Virus record (IMG/VR): IMGVR_UViG_3300010397_000048
Coordinates: 730 to 64,729 of that record
DNA from: a virus
Taxonomy: Duplodnaviria; Caudoviricetes
DNA: 64,000 nt
Strand: one strand, 5' to 3'
Shown here: piece after piece, positions 36,693 to 47,653 of the stretch
How positions within the stretch are numbered: position 1 is the stretch's first letter
Layout: each line of letters begins with the position of its first letter
Program-made: the position numbers and the translations under genes
The notes under the pieces: generated by a model
What the model was told of the DNA's origin: nothing
Databases searched by the model: none
Seen by the model: only the letters and a program-made list of their open reading frames with translations

Positions 36693-36736
36693 AAATAGCC
36701 CCTGGCTACCAATTACGGTAGCCAGGGGCTATTTTT
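36691..36736. terminator. bidirectional terminator between the converging arms
   Basis: AAAAATAGCCCCTGGCTACC-AATTAC-GGTAGCCAGGGGCTATTTTT. Confidence 0.92.
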
Positions 36737-36756
36737 GTTATGGGGCGCAGTAAAGA

Positions 36757-37062
36757 TTACTTAGCACTGTCCTCAGTGGACTTTGCTGATGTCGCTTTTT
36801 CTTTTGTAACAGGCTTTTCTTTAGCGTCATAATACGCTTTTAGATATTTACCTACTTCATTGTCCGCTACTCGAACAGTGTGACGATCTCCATTTTTAGT
36901 GAAAAGAACGAGAGTACCATCACTCTGTCCCTCGCTCTCTCCACCACGTTCAAAGGAAACCGATTCCACATCGGACAACGAAACTTCTAGATTGGACTTA
37001 TTACGGCCAACTCTTTCTACAGTCAGCGTACCGTTTTCAATCTTAATTGTTTCACTTGCCAT
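36757..37062 (-). CDS. hypothetical protein (PH-like beta fold?)
   Basis: AAAGGA RBS; last gene of the late operon. Confidence 0.65.
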   Translation of the reverse strand: MASETIKIENGTLTVERVGRNKSNLEVSLSDVESVSFERGGESEGQSDGTLVLFTKNGDRHTVRVADNEVGKYLKAYYDAKEKPVTKEKATSAKSTEDSAK

Positions 37063-37077
37063 GTCGGTTCCTTTCGA

Positions 37078-37479
37078 TTACTTATCAGTTGGAAGCTTTC
37101 CCTTTGCACCTTGACCAGCGGGTGTCTTAGCTGGATCAGGGGTTACAGTCTTTTCGCGAATAGTCTTAGGATCTGAATCAGATCCGGCTTCTTCCTTATT
37201 CGCGTCGGCCAATTCCTTATCTGCCTTTTCTGCTTCCTTTGCAGCTTCATCATAGGTCTTCTGGTTAGCTTCCGCTAATTCAACAGGACCATTAGTAAAA
37301 GCTGCTGGGTGTACGCGATTAGGAACTGAAATCGGACGCTCTACACTTTCGTCATTTACAGCGATAGTGTATTCCGGGTTCCCGCCATTAGTCCCGACGT
37401 GAGTAACAACACCCGAAACAGTAATCTCGTCACCTACTGCATGAACTTTATCGTTCGCCATTAGATTGACTCCTAACAT
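37078..37479 (-). CDS. hypothetical protein
   Basis: ORF in the late operon. Confidence 0.65.
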   Translation of the reverse strand: MLGVNLMANDKVHAVGDEITVSGVVTHVGTNGGNPEYTIAVNDESVERPISVPNRVHPAAFTNGPVELAEANQKTYDEAAKEAEKADKELADANKEEAGSDSDPKTIREKTVTPDPAKTPAGQGAKGKLPTDK

Positions 37480-37736
37480 TAGTTGTCAGACTTGGGCTTT
37501 GCAGCGAGGATCGGAATATAATTTTCCAGGAATTCCTCAACAGCAGGCAAAGCCATTACACGAGTTAAAGCACCGGCAATTGCGATTGCAATACCAGCAA
37601 TACCAACTGGCGCAATACCAGCGGTAGACAATACCAGGGGAAGAATTGCAGCGGCTGCAACTACTCCCTGGAAAATAGTTCTAAAAGTCGCGCGACCTGG
37701 GTGCGCTACCTGAGTCGGCTTTCCACCAACAATCAT
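37479..37736 (-). CDS. putative holin
   Basis: TQVAHPGRATFRT..Q, two TM helices, LTRVMALPAVE pattern of actinophage holin-like proteins. Confidence 0.7.
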   Translation of the reverse strand: MIVGGKPTQVAHPGRATFRTIFQGVVAAAAILPLVLSTAGIAPVGIAGIAIAIAGALTRVMALPAVEEFLENYIPILAAKPKSDN

Positions 37737-37747
37737 CTTTTCTCCTT

Positions 37748-38296
37748 TTAATTAGAAACCCATCGAACCCGTAATGCACAACATTCTCCATCTGAAGGAT
37801 TCGCAGTAGTAAATGATGCCCCATCACAGAAAATTCCTAAATGCATCCAATCACCTGCATTAAAGAAAAGATTTGTTTCTTTTCTCATAGTGTTATTCGG
37901 TGCCGATGGCACAGTAGGCTGATCATATCGTAATAATAATTCGCTACTAGTAAATCCGTTCTTATACAGACCCATAATCACTCGGGTATCTGTAGCAGTT
38001 CCCATTGCAATTCGAATTTCACAGGAATACCATCCCGGTTCAGTGATCGTAATTTTATCAGGAGACCCTGCATCGAAAAAACCATAAGGGTCATAAGAAT
38101 TGAATAAAGTATCAAAACTAATTTTAGTCCAGGTGTTGGACGTAATTGATTGACCCGTAGAACGGCGAGCCACATGAACCATAGGGGGATTTCTGAGCCA
38201 CTTAATTACATCACCAATTTCATTCATTCTTGCTGCATTGAATTCTTCACCTGCAAACCAGTGATGAACGTTAGGAACACTCATGGTGCAAACCAC
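37748..38296 (-). CDS. minor tail protein (C1q/TNF-like beta sandwich)
   Basis: W.AGE N-terminus, QSI..NTWTKISFD, PGWY; paralog of the next two ORFs. Confidence 0.7.
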   Translation of the reverse strand: MVCTMSVPNVHHWFAGEEFNAARMNEIGDVIKWLRNPPMVHVARRSTGQSITSNTWTKISFDTLFNSYDPYGFFDAGSPDKITITEPGWYSCEIRIAMGTATDTRVIMGLYKNGFTSSELLLRYDQPTVPSAPNNTMRKETNLFFNAGDWMHLGIFCDGASFTTANPSDGECCALRVRWVSN

Positions 38297-38823
38297 CTTA
38301 ATGTAACATCTGGCTGACGATCAATAATACTAGTTTCAATATTCAATGACCCACCCGAAACTTGGAATAACTCAATAGTAATATAGTCAGTTGTTCCATT
38401 AAATTGTTCAAAAAACACATTGCCTCTTGATACTTCCGTATAAGTTGCATTAGTATAAGCGTCCTGATGAACAACCATAGTTTTCACAGTACCAGAGCTG
38501 TTTTTAATGACTTGACCAGCTCTATAGCTAGTCGCATTTCCAACAAAGGACCATCCAAAAGATCCGATATAATAACCAGGAACACTTGGAGTAAGCTTAG
38601 TCGGATTGGCCGAATCCCAGAAATTTACGGTTTCAACTTCAACATAATCCCAACTAACAGCAGTAAATGTATTATGAGGAACAGATTGTACAGTAGTTTT
38701 ACGTAAGCGAACCATTGGAGGATTCATTAAAAAATTAAATGGGTCCTCAAGGTATGAATTCATATCTCTGAAATTAGGCTTATCTCCATTTGCCCAGGTA
38801 TGAACTGTCGGTACAGTGCCCAT
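38281..38823 (-). CDS. minor tail protein
   Basis: Paralog: TWANGD, NPPMV, QSV..NTFT.VSWD, PGYY. Confidence 0.7.
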   Translation of the reverse strand: MGTVPTVHTWANGDKPNFRDMNSYLEDPFNFLMNPPMVRLRKTTVQSVPHNTFTAVSWDYVEVETVNFWDSANPTKLTPSVPGYYIGSFGWSFVGNATSYRAGQVIKNSSGTVKTMVVHQDAYTNATYTEVSRGNVFFEQFNGTTDYITIELFQVSGGSLNIETSIIDRQPDVTLRWFAP

Positions 38824-39377
38824 TATACATAATCTCCTACATAATAAAGAAGTATTCTCGGATTAGCTACTAAAGTACTTCCCATTACCGCTGTTCCTGC
38901 TGATAATTGCATTGTCATTGTAATAACATCATTAGCCGCAGCATCTAGAGTAAGGGAAGCCGATACGCTCCAAGCGGCAGTAGCTTCTGGCTTCATTGCA
39001 GCAATGGCTACTTGAGTACCATTCTTCTTTAAACGAATAACACATTTACCAGTAATAACGCTGAGTGTTGCAAAAGCCCCCCACATATAACCTTGGTACT
39101 GCCCTGTGTAAGGTAGCGTAATCTGGTCGTTATTAGTACTAGTAGAATGTGTCATGTTACCACGCTTCAATAATTCATTATTAAAAGGAACATTATATTC
39201 TGTAACAGAACTACTTAAAGAGGTTCCTGTAGTTGAATGAGCCCAAATAATAGGTCTGGTATTACCTAGTAAAAAATTCAGAGAATCTTTCCACTCCACG
39301 TTTAAGTCATCGGCAGTAGGAATATTTTCCGGATCATCTCCATCAGTCCAGACAATAGGGCTAAAAATTCCAGACAT
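38823..39377 (-). CDS. minor tail protein
   Basis: Paralog: WTDGD..TADDLN. Confidence 0.7.
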   Translation of the reverse strand: MSGIFSPIVWTDGDDPENIPTADDLNVEWKDSLNFLLGNTRPIIWAHSTTGTSLSSSVTEYNVPFNNELLKRGNMTHSTSTNNDQITLPYTGQYQGYMWGAFATLSVITGKCVIRLKKNGTQVAIAAMKPEATAAWSVSASLTLDAAANDVITMTMQLSAGTAVMGSTLVANPRILLYYVGDYV

Positions 39378-40694
39378 TTAATATCCAATCTTATATTTGG
39401 TACCTAGATTCGATACGCCGATCTCAAATACCTGATTGAAGCGATATGGACTTAGCTGCAATCTCACAATCCACACTCTATTTTTTATGTCAGCACTGAT
39501 ACTAATTTTCTCTACTGTGAAATCCATTTGAACTTCTGGTGCGTCACTTGGAGGCATTTCATCTAAGACAATATGATCCCCGATATTTACTCCACCTGTA
39601 CCAATCCATTCAATTAAATCACTAGACTCAGCACGTAATGACACGTCAGAAATTCTCACTACTGCATCTCTATAATTAGAAGCAACCCACGAAACAGCAT
39701 TTTGTAGTTCTTCATGAGTTGTAACAGGAATCGAGAAAGAGTAAGTTTTTCTACCGTAAGCAGATCTTGAAATATTATCTACAAGCCGAACAGTTGACCC
39801 AAAAGGTCGCTCACCTCTAACATCATTGTAAATTCGACTATCATCAATAGTAAATGTAATCCCGTATTCTGGTGCAGAATCAGTAGACTCCGCTAAAGTA
39901 GCAACAGACCAACGATTATATCTATGTCTACGATTATGATAAACAAGTCTGGATTGCCCATCAGCATAGATTAATCCACCAATAGCCGTTGCAGTATCCT
40001 GAAAAGCTGTTAAGGCATTAGCCCCTTCTACTTGAATTCCTTGCAAAAATCCTAGTGCTGGTTCGAATTCCCGAGACTGATCAGGAACTTCTGCCCAGTC
40101 TGCAATTCGAGTAAGACGAGTAACCTCATCATCTCCATAGTAGACTGTTCCACCTGAACCCGCCGTATAGTGTTCAAAGATACGATTATCGGTAAGCGGG
40201 TATTCGTAAATTGTTGGATAAGCTAACCACTTTTCCCAAATAAAGGAACCAAAGTCACCTACCTGTGGAGCATATTGAGCACCAAAAGTAAAAATACCTG
40301 GATTCCAGTTTAGAGCCGAAGAGGCAGTGCCGCTTGCATAAGACGCCCCGTCTAAGAAAATAGTCCAGCTAGTTTTATTAGTTCCCATTCTTAATGCAAC
40401 ATGATGCCATTGGTTATCATTAGCGTATCCTCCCGGACTACCATCAGTCCAAGAAACTACTTGTGTACCAGCAGTAACTCCCTCATTCCATAATTGAAGT
40501 GAGAGAGCACCGCTGGTCGCAGCTACTTCTACTAATAATTGTCTACCAATACCATTCACACCGACTTGCCACGATACAGCAGCTTGTGTTCTTTGATTAA
40601 AAAGAGTTGCAGCAATCGAAGCTGGAATAGCGTCTCTTTTAAACCAAACCTCAATGGTAAAACCACCTGTAGGTGTCACATATCCAAATGCCAT
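39378..40694 (-). CDS. minor tail protein with LamG/ConA-like domain
   Basis: FTIEVWF, DNQWHHVA, FLDG. Confidence 0.75.
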   Translation of the reverse strand: MAFGYVTPTGGFTIEVWFKRDAIPASIAATLFNQRTQAAVSWQVGVNGIGRQLLVEVAATSGALSLQLWNEGVTAGTQVVSWTDGSPGGYANDNQWHHVALRMGTNKTSWTIFLDGASYASGTASSALNWNPGIFTFGAQYAPQVGDFGSFIWEKWLAYPTIYEYPLTDNRIFEHYTAGSGGTVYYGDDEVTRLTRIADWAEVPDQSREFEPALGFLQGIQVEGANALTAFQDTATAIGGLIYADGQSRLVYHNRRHRYNRWSVATLAESTDSAPEYGITFTIDDSRIYNDVRGERPFGSTVRLVDNISRSAYGRKTYSFSIPVTTHEELQNAVSWVASNYRDAVVRISDVSLRAESSDLIEWIGTGGVNIGDHIVLDEMPPSDAPEVQMDFTVEKISISADIKNRVWIVRLQLSPYRFNQVFEIGVSNLGTKYKIGY

Positions 40695-40702
40695 TTTACC
40701 TT

Positions 40703-43700
40703 CTACTTTCTGTATTTGATCGTGATATATGGTCTAGCAGACTGTGATGCTCCGAAGAAATAACCATAGTTGTCATGATCATTGGTAGCTTCAGGTCCAA
40801 TCCCGATTCCACGTGATGCTCCACTTAGGAATTCTTTAGCTAACTGAATACCTGTATTAATAGTCAGAGTTCCTCCTTCAGCTACCCACTTATTACCATA
40901 GCGTCTTTCGATTACATTAGAACCATTCCAAGTAGATGGTTTTGAGGTATAGTTATGAGTACCTACTTGGGCATAAAGACCCTTGTTCCATCTCGCATGT
41001 GAATTCTTAATAGTGATATAGCATTCAAGGATCTCTGCACCTCGCAAGGTTGCTGCAATATTATTGTAATCAAATCCAGCCAATGATTTCTGATTACCTG
41101 GCGATGAAGAATCAAATGATCCTTGATACATATATGGAGAATCATCGAATCGTGTCGAGTTATCACCTTCATAAGATCTAGACCATGTTGCATACCATTT
41201 TTTAGTATATGTAGATTTCTGTGTAGGAGTCGAGGGAGGCGGCGGTTTAGGAGTAGGCTTAGTTTGGGGAGGAGATGCGGGCGGCGTGATGTAATCCTTA
41301 GTATACGGAAGAGTAAAGAAATAACCTTTACCATTCGCAACTCCAGGTTGCGCCGGAATTCCCTTCCATGAAGCCTCTCCCGTAGGCCCGTCATCCGTTA
41401 AAGTCGTATATGTAGATGTACTCAAATCTCCTCTAGAATGATTAATGTCTACATAGGTCGGTCCACCTTCTTCCGCCGACCACGACCCTAATTGACTAAA
41501 TCGGCCAGGAGTATCGATCATTGAATCACTTAGTGGCATTACTAATGAAGGACCATCCACAAATAGAGATTCTCTAAGAGTATTAGAAAGTTCTACACTT
41601 CCTAATCTTTTCATTCTATCAGTGACCGTGATATTCATTTCAATATTACCGGCAACAGCAGGCCATGACTCAATCCATCCTTCAAAAATATCCTTAGGTC
41701 TTTTCCAAGAAGTAAAATCAGTATCTGTTGCGGTCGCGGGTAAGGACAAGGTTAAATTATCTCCATACTCCACTCTAAGCTTTCTAATTTGAAGACTAGG
41801 AATACCTGGTGCCGTATTATCATACAAACTTACATCATCAACATATAATAATGTACCGTTAGCTGGACTGCTAAACATTGTCGGCCCAATCCATGCAAAA
41901 CCATTGACCGGGGCCGCTGCTGTTACACTAATTTTCGTCCATGTGTTTGCTGTTACAGCAACCGCGTTTGTTGATGTACTATTTAGAACTTGTCCTGTTG
42001 TGAACCAATCAATAGTCGCAGAAACACTTCCCGAAGTTGATCTGTACACCCACATTTCTGCGGTATAAGAGTGCCCACTAATAACACTAATACCATTAGT
42101 ATTTCTTGTTTGTGATTGTGTCGGACTTCCACTTACAGTCAATAACAAAGACTTAGTTCCAGCATGGGCTTGCACTGAACTTTGAGTAACAGTTCCTCCG
42201 GCAGCAGTCCAAGGACTAATACTTGTTTCAAAATCATACCAAGGATAAACAGGTCTTTGTAAAATCCATCGTAATTCCTGTTCGGCCTGTTGTGCAATAA
42301 AAGAACAGGTATATTGAGTAAAAGATGTTGCACTGACAATAGGACCAGTTTCCCCTTCATTACCAGTGAATTGAACCGTAGGTCCGGTATTAATGATTTT
42401 TGCTTCCACTGTTGCAGTATATGCCTCACCTGGGATTAGATGTGGAATAGTAGTGAAGAAACTTGCATCATTTGCTCCCCATTTAACTTCCATGTACGTT
42501 TGGGTGACATCACCGCCCAATGGTACATTGTAATAGTCCCCATCCGCATCGCCTTCTACTTGCCAACTTTGAATGTCTCTAAATCCAGAGATATCTGGTG
42601 CAAGAGTTACGGGCAATTCACTTTGGACACCAGTGATTCCGAAAACTACGGGGCCAGCATTAGTTGCTGACATAGAAACTACAAAAGACATGACACAGTA
42701 TTTTGCAGTCGATGGCGGAGCATGTGACATTCCTGATTGTGTCGGAGTCGTTGGTGTACTTGGAGAAACCCAAGCCCAAGAAACATCGGTACTACCAGTA
42801 ATGTCATTAAAATCTTTATCAAGATAATAGATACGTAATCGAGAAATAAGTCCTGTAGGATCTGTTCCGCTTACTTTCCACATATACGCTGAATGCGCTA
42901 GTCGAACTCCGTATTCCAAGGGAACAAACCAACCAAAGGTTGGAATCTCAACACTTGTGGCCCTGCCTGATGGAATCGTGATCTCAAGATAATGAGTTAA
43001 ATCACTATCAGGAAGTAATAAGTCGTCTGGCGTATCGTATTGCAACTCCCATTCAGCTAATTGGGTATATGTATCTCCATTATTTTGAGTAATATTTAAT
43101 TTATAATATAAATAATAACCAGGAGATGTAATTGTATAAGTGTGCTTTTCATAGCGATCCGTAAACACGTCACCAGTCACTGTATGCAATGGGGTCCATG
43201 TGCTTCCGTCATTAGATCCACATAATGTCCAATTCTTAGGATCTCTGATAGAGAAGTCATTAGCAGAGGTTACAGTGTAACTAGAAAATCTAATACCAAT
43301 CGCATACTTATATTGAAGCCAACCAGTGTTAGCAAAAGTTAACCACTTAGTTTGAACTAAACCATCATTCGCTTTCTCTTTAGCTTCATCCGGGGCGTTC
43401 TCTCCACTAGCTGTAACAACACGCACTGTATCAAAAGAATAAACATTTCCAAAATAATTCGTACTGTATCCTGAACCATATTGCATAAACCCTGAAGTAT
43501 TGTGATCGCGGCTTCCTCCCCGAGCAACATTCGGATGCACCATATTCTTTCCTCTAATACGAAATCTACGGTCCGATTTCACATACGGGTAATAAGGTGA
43601 TTGAACGCTGCCGGGGAGAAAGCGGCCATCGCTATTGTCAAGAACGACTGAAAGGCTTCCGGCTTCCGTTTGATCTAATTCATATTCTCTTCCTCTTAAG

Positions 43701-43819
43701 TCACCATCGAAAGATGACACAAAAGGCAGAATTGAAGTCCACCCGGATTGACCAGAGGTAGTTTCATCAAAATCATTATTAAAAGCGATCTCAATTTCTA
43801 GATCAGCAGGAAAAGCCAT
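40703..43819 (-). CDS. large minor tail/baseplate protein with discoidin (F5/8C) and CBM-like domains
   Basis: RGREYELDQTEAG..LDNSDGRF; YTVTSAND..RDPKNWTL.GSNDG..W; downstream of the tape measure gene. Confidence 0.8.
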   Translation of the reverse strand: MAFPADLEIEIAFNNDFDETTSGQSGWTSILPFVSSFDGDLRGREYELDQTEAGSLSVVLDNSDGRFLPGSVQSPYYPYVKSDRRFRIRGKNMVHPNVARGGSRDHNTSGFMQYGSGYSTNYFGNVYSFDTVRVVTASGENAPDEAKEKANDGLVQTKWLTFANTGWLQYKYAIGIRFSSYTVTSANDFSIRDPKNWTLCGSNDGSTWTPLHTVTGDVFTDRYEKHTYTITSPGYYLYYKLNITQNNGDTYTQLAEWELQYDTPDDLLLPDSDLTHYLEITIPSGRATSVEIPTFGWFVPLEYGVRLAHSAYMWKVSGTDPTGLISRLRIYYLDKDFNDITGSTDVSWAWVSPSTPTTPTQSGMSHAPPSTAKYCVMSFVVSMSATNAGPVVFGITGVQSELPVTLAPDISGFRDIQSWQVEGDADGDYYNVPLGGDVTQTYMEVKWGANDASFFTTIPHLIPGEAYTATVEAKIINTGPTVQFTGNEGETGPIVSATSFTQYTCSFIAQQAEQELRWILQRPVYPWYDFETSISPWTAAGGTVTQSSVQAHAGTKSLLLTVSGSPTQSQTRNTNGISVISGHSYTAEMWVYRSTSGSVSATIDWFTTGQVLNSTSTNAVAVTANTWTKISVTAAAPVNGFAWIGPTMFSSPANGTLLYVDDVSLYDNTAPGIPSLQIRKLRVEYGDNLTLSLPATATDTDFTSWKRPKDIFEGWIESWPAVAGNIEMNITVTDRMKRLGSVELSNTLRESLFVDGPSLVMPLSDSMIDTPGRFSQLGSWSAEEGGPTYVDINHSRGDLSTSTYTTLTDDGPTGEASWKGIPAQPGVANGKGYFFTLPYTKDYITPPASPPQTKPTPKPPPPSTPTQKSTYTKKWYATWSRSYEGDNSTRFDDSPYMYQGSFDSSSPGNQKSLAGFDYNNIAATLRGAEILECYITIKNSHARWNKGLYAQVGTHNYTSKPSTWNGSNVIERRYGNKWVAEGGTLTINTGIQLAKEFLSGASRGIGIGPEATNDHDNYGYFFGASQSARPYITIKYRK

Positions 43820-43831
43820 CTTTACCTTCCT

Positions 43832-46800
43832 TTAGCTCTGTGGGAGTCCACTAACTCCGCCATTTCTTTTTGCTAGTTTTAGCAATTCGTTTCTAATATT
43901 CTTTACGTCTTGCTGAGTATAACCAGTACCTTGTAGCACAATAGTTACATTATCAATCTGAATAGTCGGCCCAATAAGATCCTTATTTACTAAGGTTTCT
44001 GGACGACCAGTCCCATTATATCCACTGAACCATCCTGGCTGGACGCGGGAAACCGAATCCATTGCCCAGTGCACGTGAGCATTATTTCCATATACACCGT
44101 GCTGTGCATCAATGGCGTCATCGTAATCATGGAACTTACCATTTCTCAAGTCTAACTGAGGCCATGGAGTAATAAGTTCTTTCGAAGAGTTTCCATAATG
44201 AGATCTAATCCAGTTTGCAACTGCCTTGATAGGCGGAACGTCAACTGCACGACCTAATGCGTGATATGACAAGTTACCAGAAAGGGTATGCGCTCCTGGA
44301 CGGAATCCAGAGATTAGCGCAAGACCTGGGAATGCGGAATGCAAGACACGCATTTGGTTTTGCCATCCCATTCCGGAGCCTCCACCCCCGCCAATTGCTC
44401 CACCTTCTTTATCTTTGCCAGCAACCCACGAAACTAGATTATTCAAAATATTATTTGCACCGCCACGCATAAGACCAGAGAAACCATCAGGTGATAAACC
44501 AGAATTAATGAAGTTTCGAATCTGGTTAACAACAGGCTTGATAACAGTACCAGCAACTCCCTGGAAAATGTCCTTTGCCTTATGTCCTAACCAATTGATA
44601 ACTCCATTACCGTCTCCACCAACAACTCCACCTTTATTATACATAGCTAGAGATTGACGGAATTTCTTGAACCCAGTCGGACCACCTAGTTTACGCATTT
44701 CTTTAGTGGTAAGAATACCTTCACCACGAGTAAGCAAAGCTAGCTGATCGTCCTTTGTACCATAACCGTTTCCGACAGTTCCACCACGAGCAAAACCTTT
44801 AATCGGATCTAGTCTAGTTTTAATTCCAAACTTCTCTGCAACCTTATTCCACAGTGCACGAATTCGGTTATTATAAATATCATTAATAACAAAATTAACA
44901 GGAGCCTTTGCAGTATCCTTTAACTTATTCCAGGCTTTTTCTACTCCTTGGACACCAACTTCGAATGCAGTTTTAATTGATCCCCAAACACTCTTTACTT
45001 TTCCTGAAACAGCATCCCAAAGAATATTCCAACCAACCTTAAAGGCTGCAATCTTGTTCTTGACCCAGTCAATAGCTTTACTGAAAATTGCGTTAATAGG
45101 CCCAGCAACAGCATTCCAGACTGCACGGATTTTATTAGCGACTTCATTCCATCTAGCCGCTAAGTAATCCTTTAAGATCTGGGTAGTAAGCTTAATTGCA
45201 TCCCACACCTTCTTAATGAATGGGAGTGCAGTGTTCGTAAGCCATCCGACAAACTTGCCAATAACATCTTTCATGGCTAGCCAAATTGGCTTCCAGAAAG
45301 TATTATATAGCCACGAAATGATTCCAGCAATTTGTGTAAATACCCACTTGATTAACGGCCACACAACATTTTGTAGATACATTACAAAAAGTTTAACAGC
45401 AATCTGAACTAAGATCCAAACAATTTTCCAAGCATTAGTATAGAAAGTCCAGAAAATCTGAGCTAGGTGTGTAATGAACCCAGCAATAGGGGAAATAACT
45501 GCAATAATCTTTTGAATGATCGGCGCAACAAATCCCCAGATAGCATTCCATACCTTCATCGTGTTATCTGCTAACCAGTGCCACCCCGCAACCAAAGCAT
45601 TTACTGTAGCTTCGAACGCAGTTTTAATCGCATCCCAGACCTTTTTAATTGCAGGCCATAAAACAGTCAAAACGAATTTACGGAATCCTTCGTTATTTTT
45701 CCATAATAGAACAACTGCTGCAACTACTGCGGCAATTGCTGCAATGATAAGGCCAATCGGATTAGCAGTCATAGCAGCGTTCCATAGCCATTGTGCAGCA
45801 GTAACAACCTTAGTCCAAAATGCTACCGCTTTTTGAGCAATAGCGAGAGCACTAAGATATCCAGCAATTTGTAAATAACTCGCTGCCGCAACTGCACCGT
45901 TATAAGCCCATTGAACTGCGGTAATAGTTTTCATTACTGACATTACTAAAGCAAGATTCTTAAACATTGCTAGTAATCCACCAGCAGCTTGCACCGCAGT
46001 TACAATTGCATAGGCCTTAGTAATGGCGTATAGTGCAGTCATTGTACCGATTAATGCTTTAGCTACTGTATCATGCTGTTTGAACCATGAAATCATCTGT
46101 TTGGTTGCTTCAATTACTTGAAGAAGGGCATCGTAGACTTCTCTAGCTGCAACTCCGATTTTCTCGAAGGTACCAACAATTCCCTTACTAGTTACATCTC
46201 CTTCTTTAAAGGCAGCAACCATTGCCCGGATACCAAGTCCAACTTGATTAAGAGTCCCTGAAAAACCTTTTAGCTTACCTTGTCCTTGCAACCCGGCAAA
46301 GAAATTAGAAAACCCAGCACTAAGCAAATCAACAGCTTTCTTAGCACCAGGCAGTGCAATACTTGCAAGATTTCCTAAACCAGATTTCATAGTATCCATA
46401 AAGGTGGACCATTTACCGGCCATCGTTTCCGATTGAGCCTGCATCATTCCACCAAAACCCTTTACATTCTTGGTACCTTGTTCTAGGCCCTTGATAATTA
46501 AAGGAATAGCTTTTTTGGAAAGAATATCCCCGTTAGAGATCATCTTTGACATCTCGCCAGTTGATACATGGAAACTATCTGCTAGAATCTGAATGGCTGG
46601 AACACCTTGTTCAGCAAGCTGCATAATTTCTTCACCAGAAACTTTACCCTTAATTTGCATTTGAGTAAGGGCAGTTGTAATGGTGTCAATTTGTTCAGCC
46701 CCACCACCCATTGCCGCAACAGCGTCACCAACAGCAGTAAGCATAGGAATTACGTCTTTGGCAGCAAATCCCATTGATAGGAATTTCTGAGCTGCACCAG

Positions 46801-47137
46801 TTACATCTTCAAATTCAAATGGTGTAGTATTCGCGAAAGCCTGCAATTGCTTTAAGAATTTTTGAGCTTTCTGCGCTGAACCCAACATAGTCGTAAATCC
46901 AACTGAAACCTGTTCTAGTTGGGTGGCAGTTGAGAATCCCATTGTTGCAGCAGCAGCGCCTAAACCACCTAATGCAAGAATTCCTTTCCCTGCCATCCCG
47001 GCAATTGTTTTAGTCAGGGTGACAAGTTTACTTTGTGAGTTTTCGGCAGACTTACCAACTTGTTCTAGGGCTTGTTGTGCTTCTCCGGACTCACCGGTTA
47101 CCACTACCCTTAATCGACGAGTGTCGTTGTTTGCCAC
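43832..47137 (-). CDS. tape measure protein with C-terminal peptidase-like domain
   Basis: FANTTPFE tape-measure domain, W-spaced helical repeats, SGFRPG..YHALGRAVD..HVH. Confidence 0.92.
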   Translation of the reverse strand: MANNDTRRLRVVVTGESGEAQQALEQVGKSAENSQSKLVTLTKTIAGMAGKGILALGGLGAAAATMGFSTATQLEQVSVGFTTMLGSAQKAQKFLKQLQAFANTTPFEFEDVTGAAQKFLSMGFAAKDVIPMLTAVGDAVAAMGGGAEQIDTITTALTQMQIKGKVSGEEIMQLAEQGVPAIQILADSFHVSTGEMSKMISNGDILSKKAIPLIIKGLEQGTKNVKGFGGMMQAQSETMAGKWSTFMDTMKSGLGNLASIALPGAKKAVDLLSAGFSNFFAGLQGQGKLKGFSGTLNQVGLGIRAMVAAFKEGDVTSKGIVGTFEKIGVAAREVYDALLQVIEATKQMISWFKQHDTVAKALIGTMTALYAITKAYAIVTAVQAAGGLLAMFKNLALVMSVMKTITAVQWAYNGAVAAASYLQIAGYLSALAIAQKAVAFWTKVVTAAQWLWNAAMTANPIGLIIAAIAAVVAAVVLLWKNNEGFRKFVLTVLWPAIKKVWDAIKTAFEATVNALVAGWHWLADNTMKVWNAIWGFVAPIIQKIIAVISPIAGFITHLAQIFWTFYTNAWKIVWILVQIAVKLFVMYLQNVVWPLIKWVFTQIAGIISWLYNTFWKPIWLAMKDVIGKFVGWLTNTALPFIKKVWDAIKLTTQILKDYLAARWNEVANKIRAVWNAVAGPINAIFSKAIDWVKNKIAAFKVGWNILWDAVSGKVKSVWGSIKTAFEVGVQGVEKAWNKLKDTAKAPVNFVINDIYNNRIRALWNKVAEKFGIKTRLDPIKGFARGGTVGNGYGTKDDQLALLTRGEGILTTKEMRKLGGPTGFKKFRQSLAMYNKGGVVGGDGNGVINWLGHKAKDIFQGVAGTVIKPVVNQIRNFINSGLSPDGFSGLMRGGANNILNNLVSWVAGKDKEGGAIGGGGGSGMGWQNQMRVLHSAFPGLALISGFRPGAHTLSGNLSYHALGRAVDVPPIKAVANWIRSHYGNSSKELITPWPQLDLRNGKFHDYDDAIDAQHGVYGNNAHVHWAMDSVSRVQPGWFSGYNGTGRPETLVNKDLIGPTIQIDNVTIVLQGTGYTQQDVKNIRNELLKLAKRNGGVSGLPQS

Positions 47138-47321
47138 TTTCCCCTCCCTGACTATTTACGTGATTCATGTATTCACGAGCTACATTTAATTCGCGAATGG
47201 AAAGGGATCGAATGTAATCAAGAGTCCATCCATTATAAAAGTGCGCAAGTTCCATCATAATACGTAACCTACGCTCTTTTTCCTTGTCTAGCTGTCGATC
47301 TCTTTCTGTTCTTCTTTTCCC
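47091..47321 (-). other. -1 frameshift extension of the tail assembly chaperone (slippery GGGAAAA at 47321-47315)
   Basis: The -1 frame is open: ...RRTERDRQLDKEKERRLRIMMELAHFYNGWTLDYIRSLSIRELN...GNR*. Confidence 0.8.
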
Positions 47322-47635
47322 TCTTCATTCTCGACCAAATCAAAATCAATTTCAGAGAGTTTCATACTACGAACAGCTTCCCAAGTAATATCCGGTTCAT
47401 CTCTGCGCAATGAAAGATATACCATTCCCATCATTGCTTTTACACCCATCTTAGTTTCTGTTAGTGGACGACCTTTAGGATCATCCGGATCAGCAACTCT
47501 ATTTCCCTTGCTATCTCTTACGTATTCAGTTTTAATGGCGTCTGACATAACTAAGCCAGTTACCTCTTCAAAGAGTTCAAGCTCACCAAAGGTCAGATCA
47601 TCCATATTAATTTGAATCTTCTTCTTTTCACTCAC
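47288..47635 (-). CDS. tail assembly chaperone
   Basis: Upstream of the tape measure gene; slippery site near the C-terminus. Confidence 0.8.
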   Translation of the reverse strand: MSEKKKIQINMDDLTFGELELFEEVTGLVMSDAIKTEYVRDSKGNRVADPDDPKGRPLTETKMGVKAMMGMVYLSLRRDEPDITWEAVRSMKLSEIDFDLVENEEGKEEQKEIDS

Positions 47636-47653
47636 TTTGCTACCAATCCTTTA

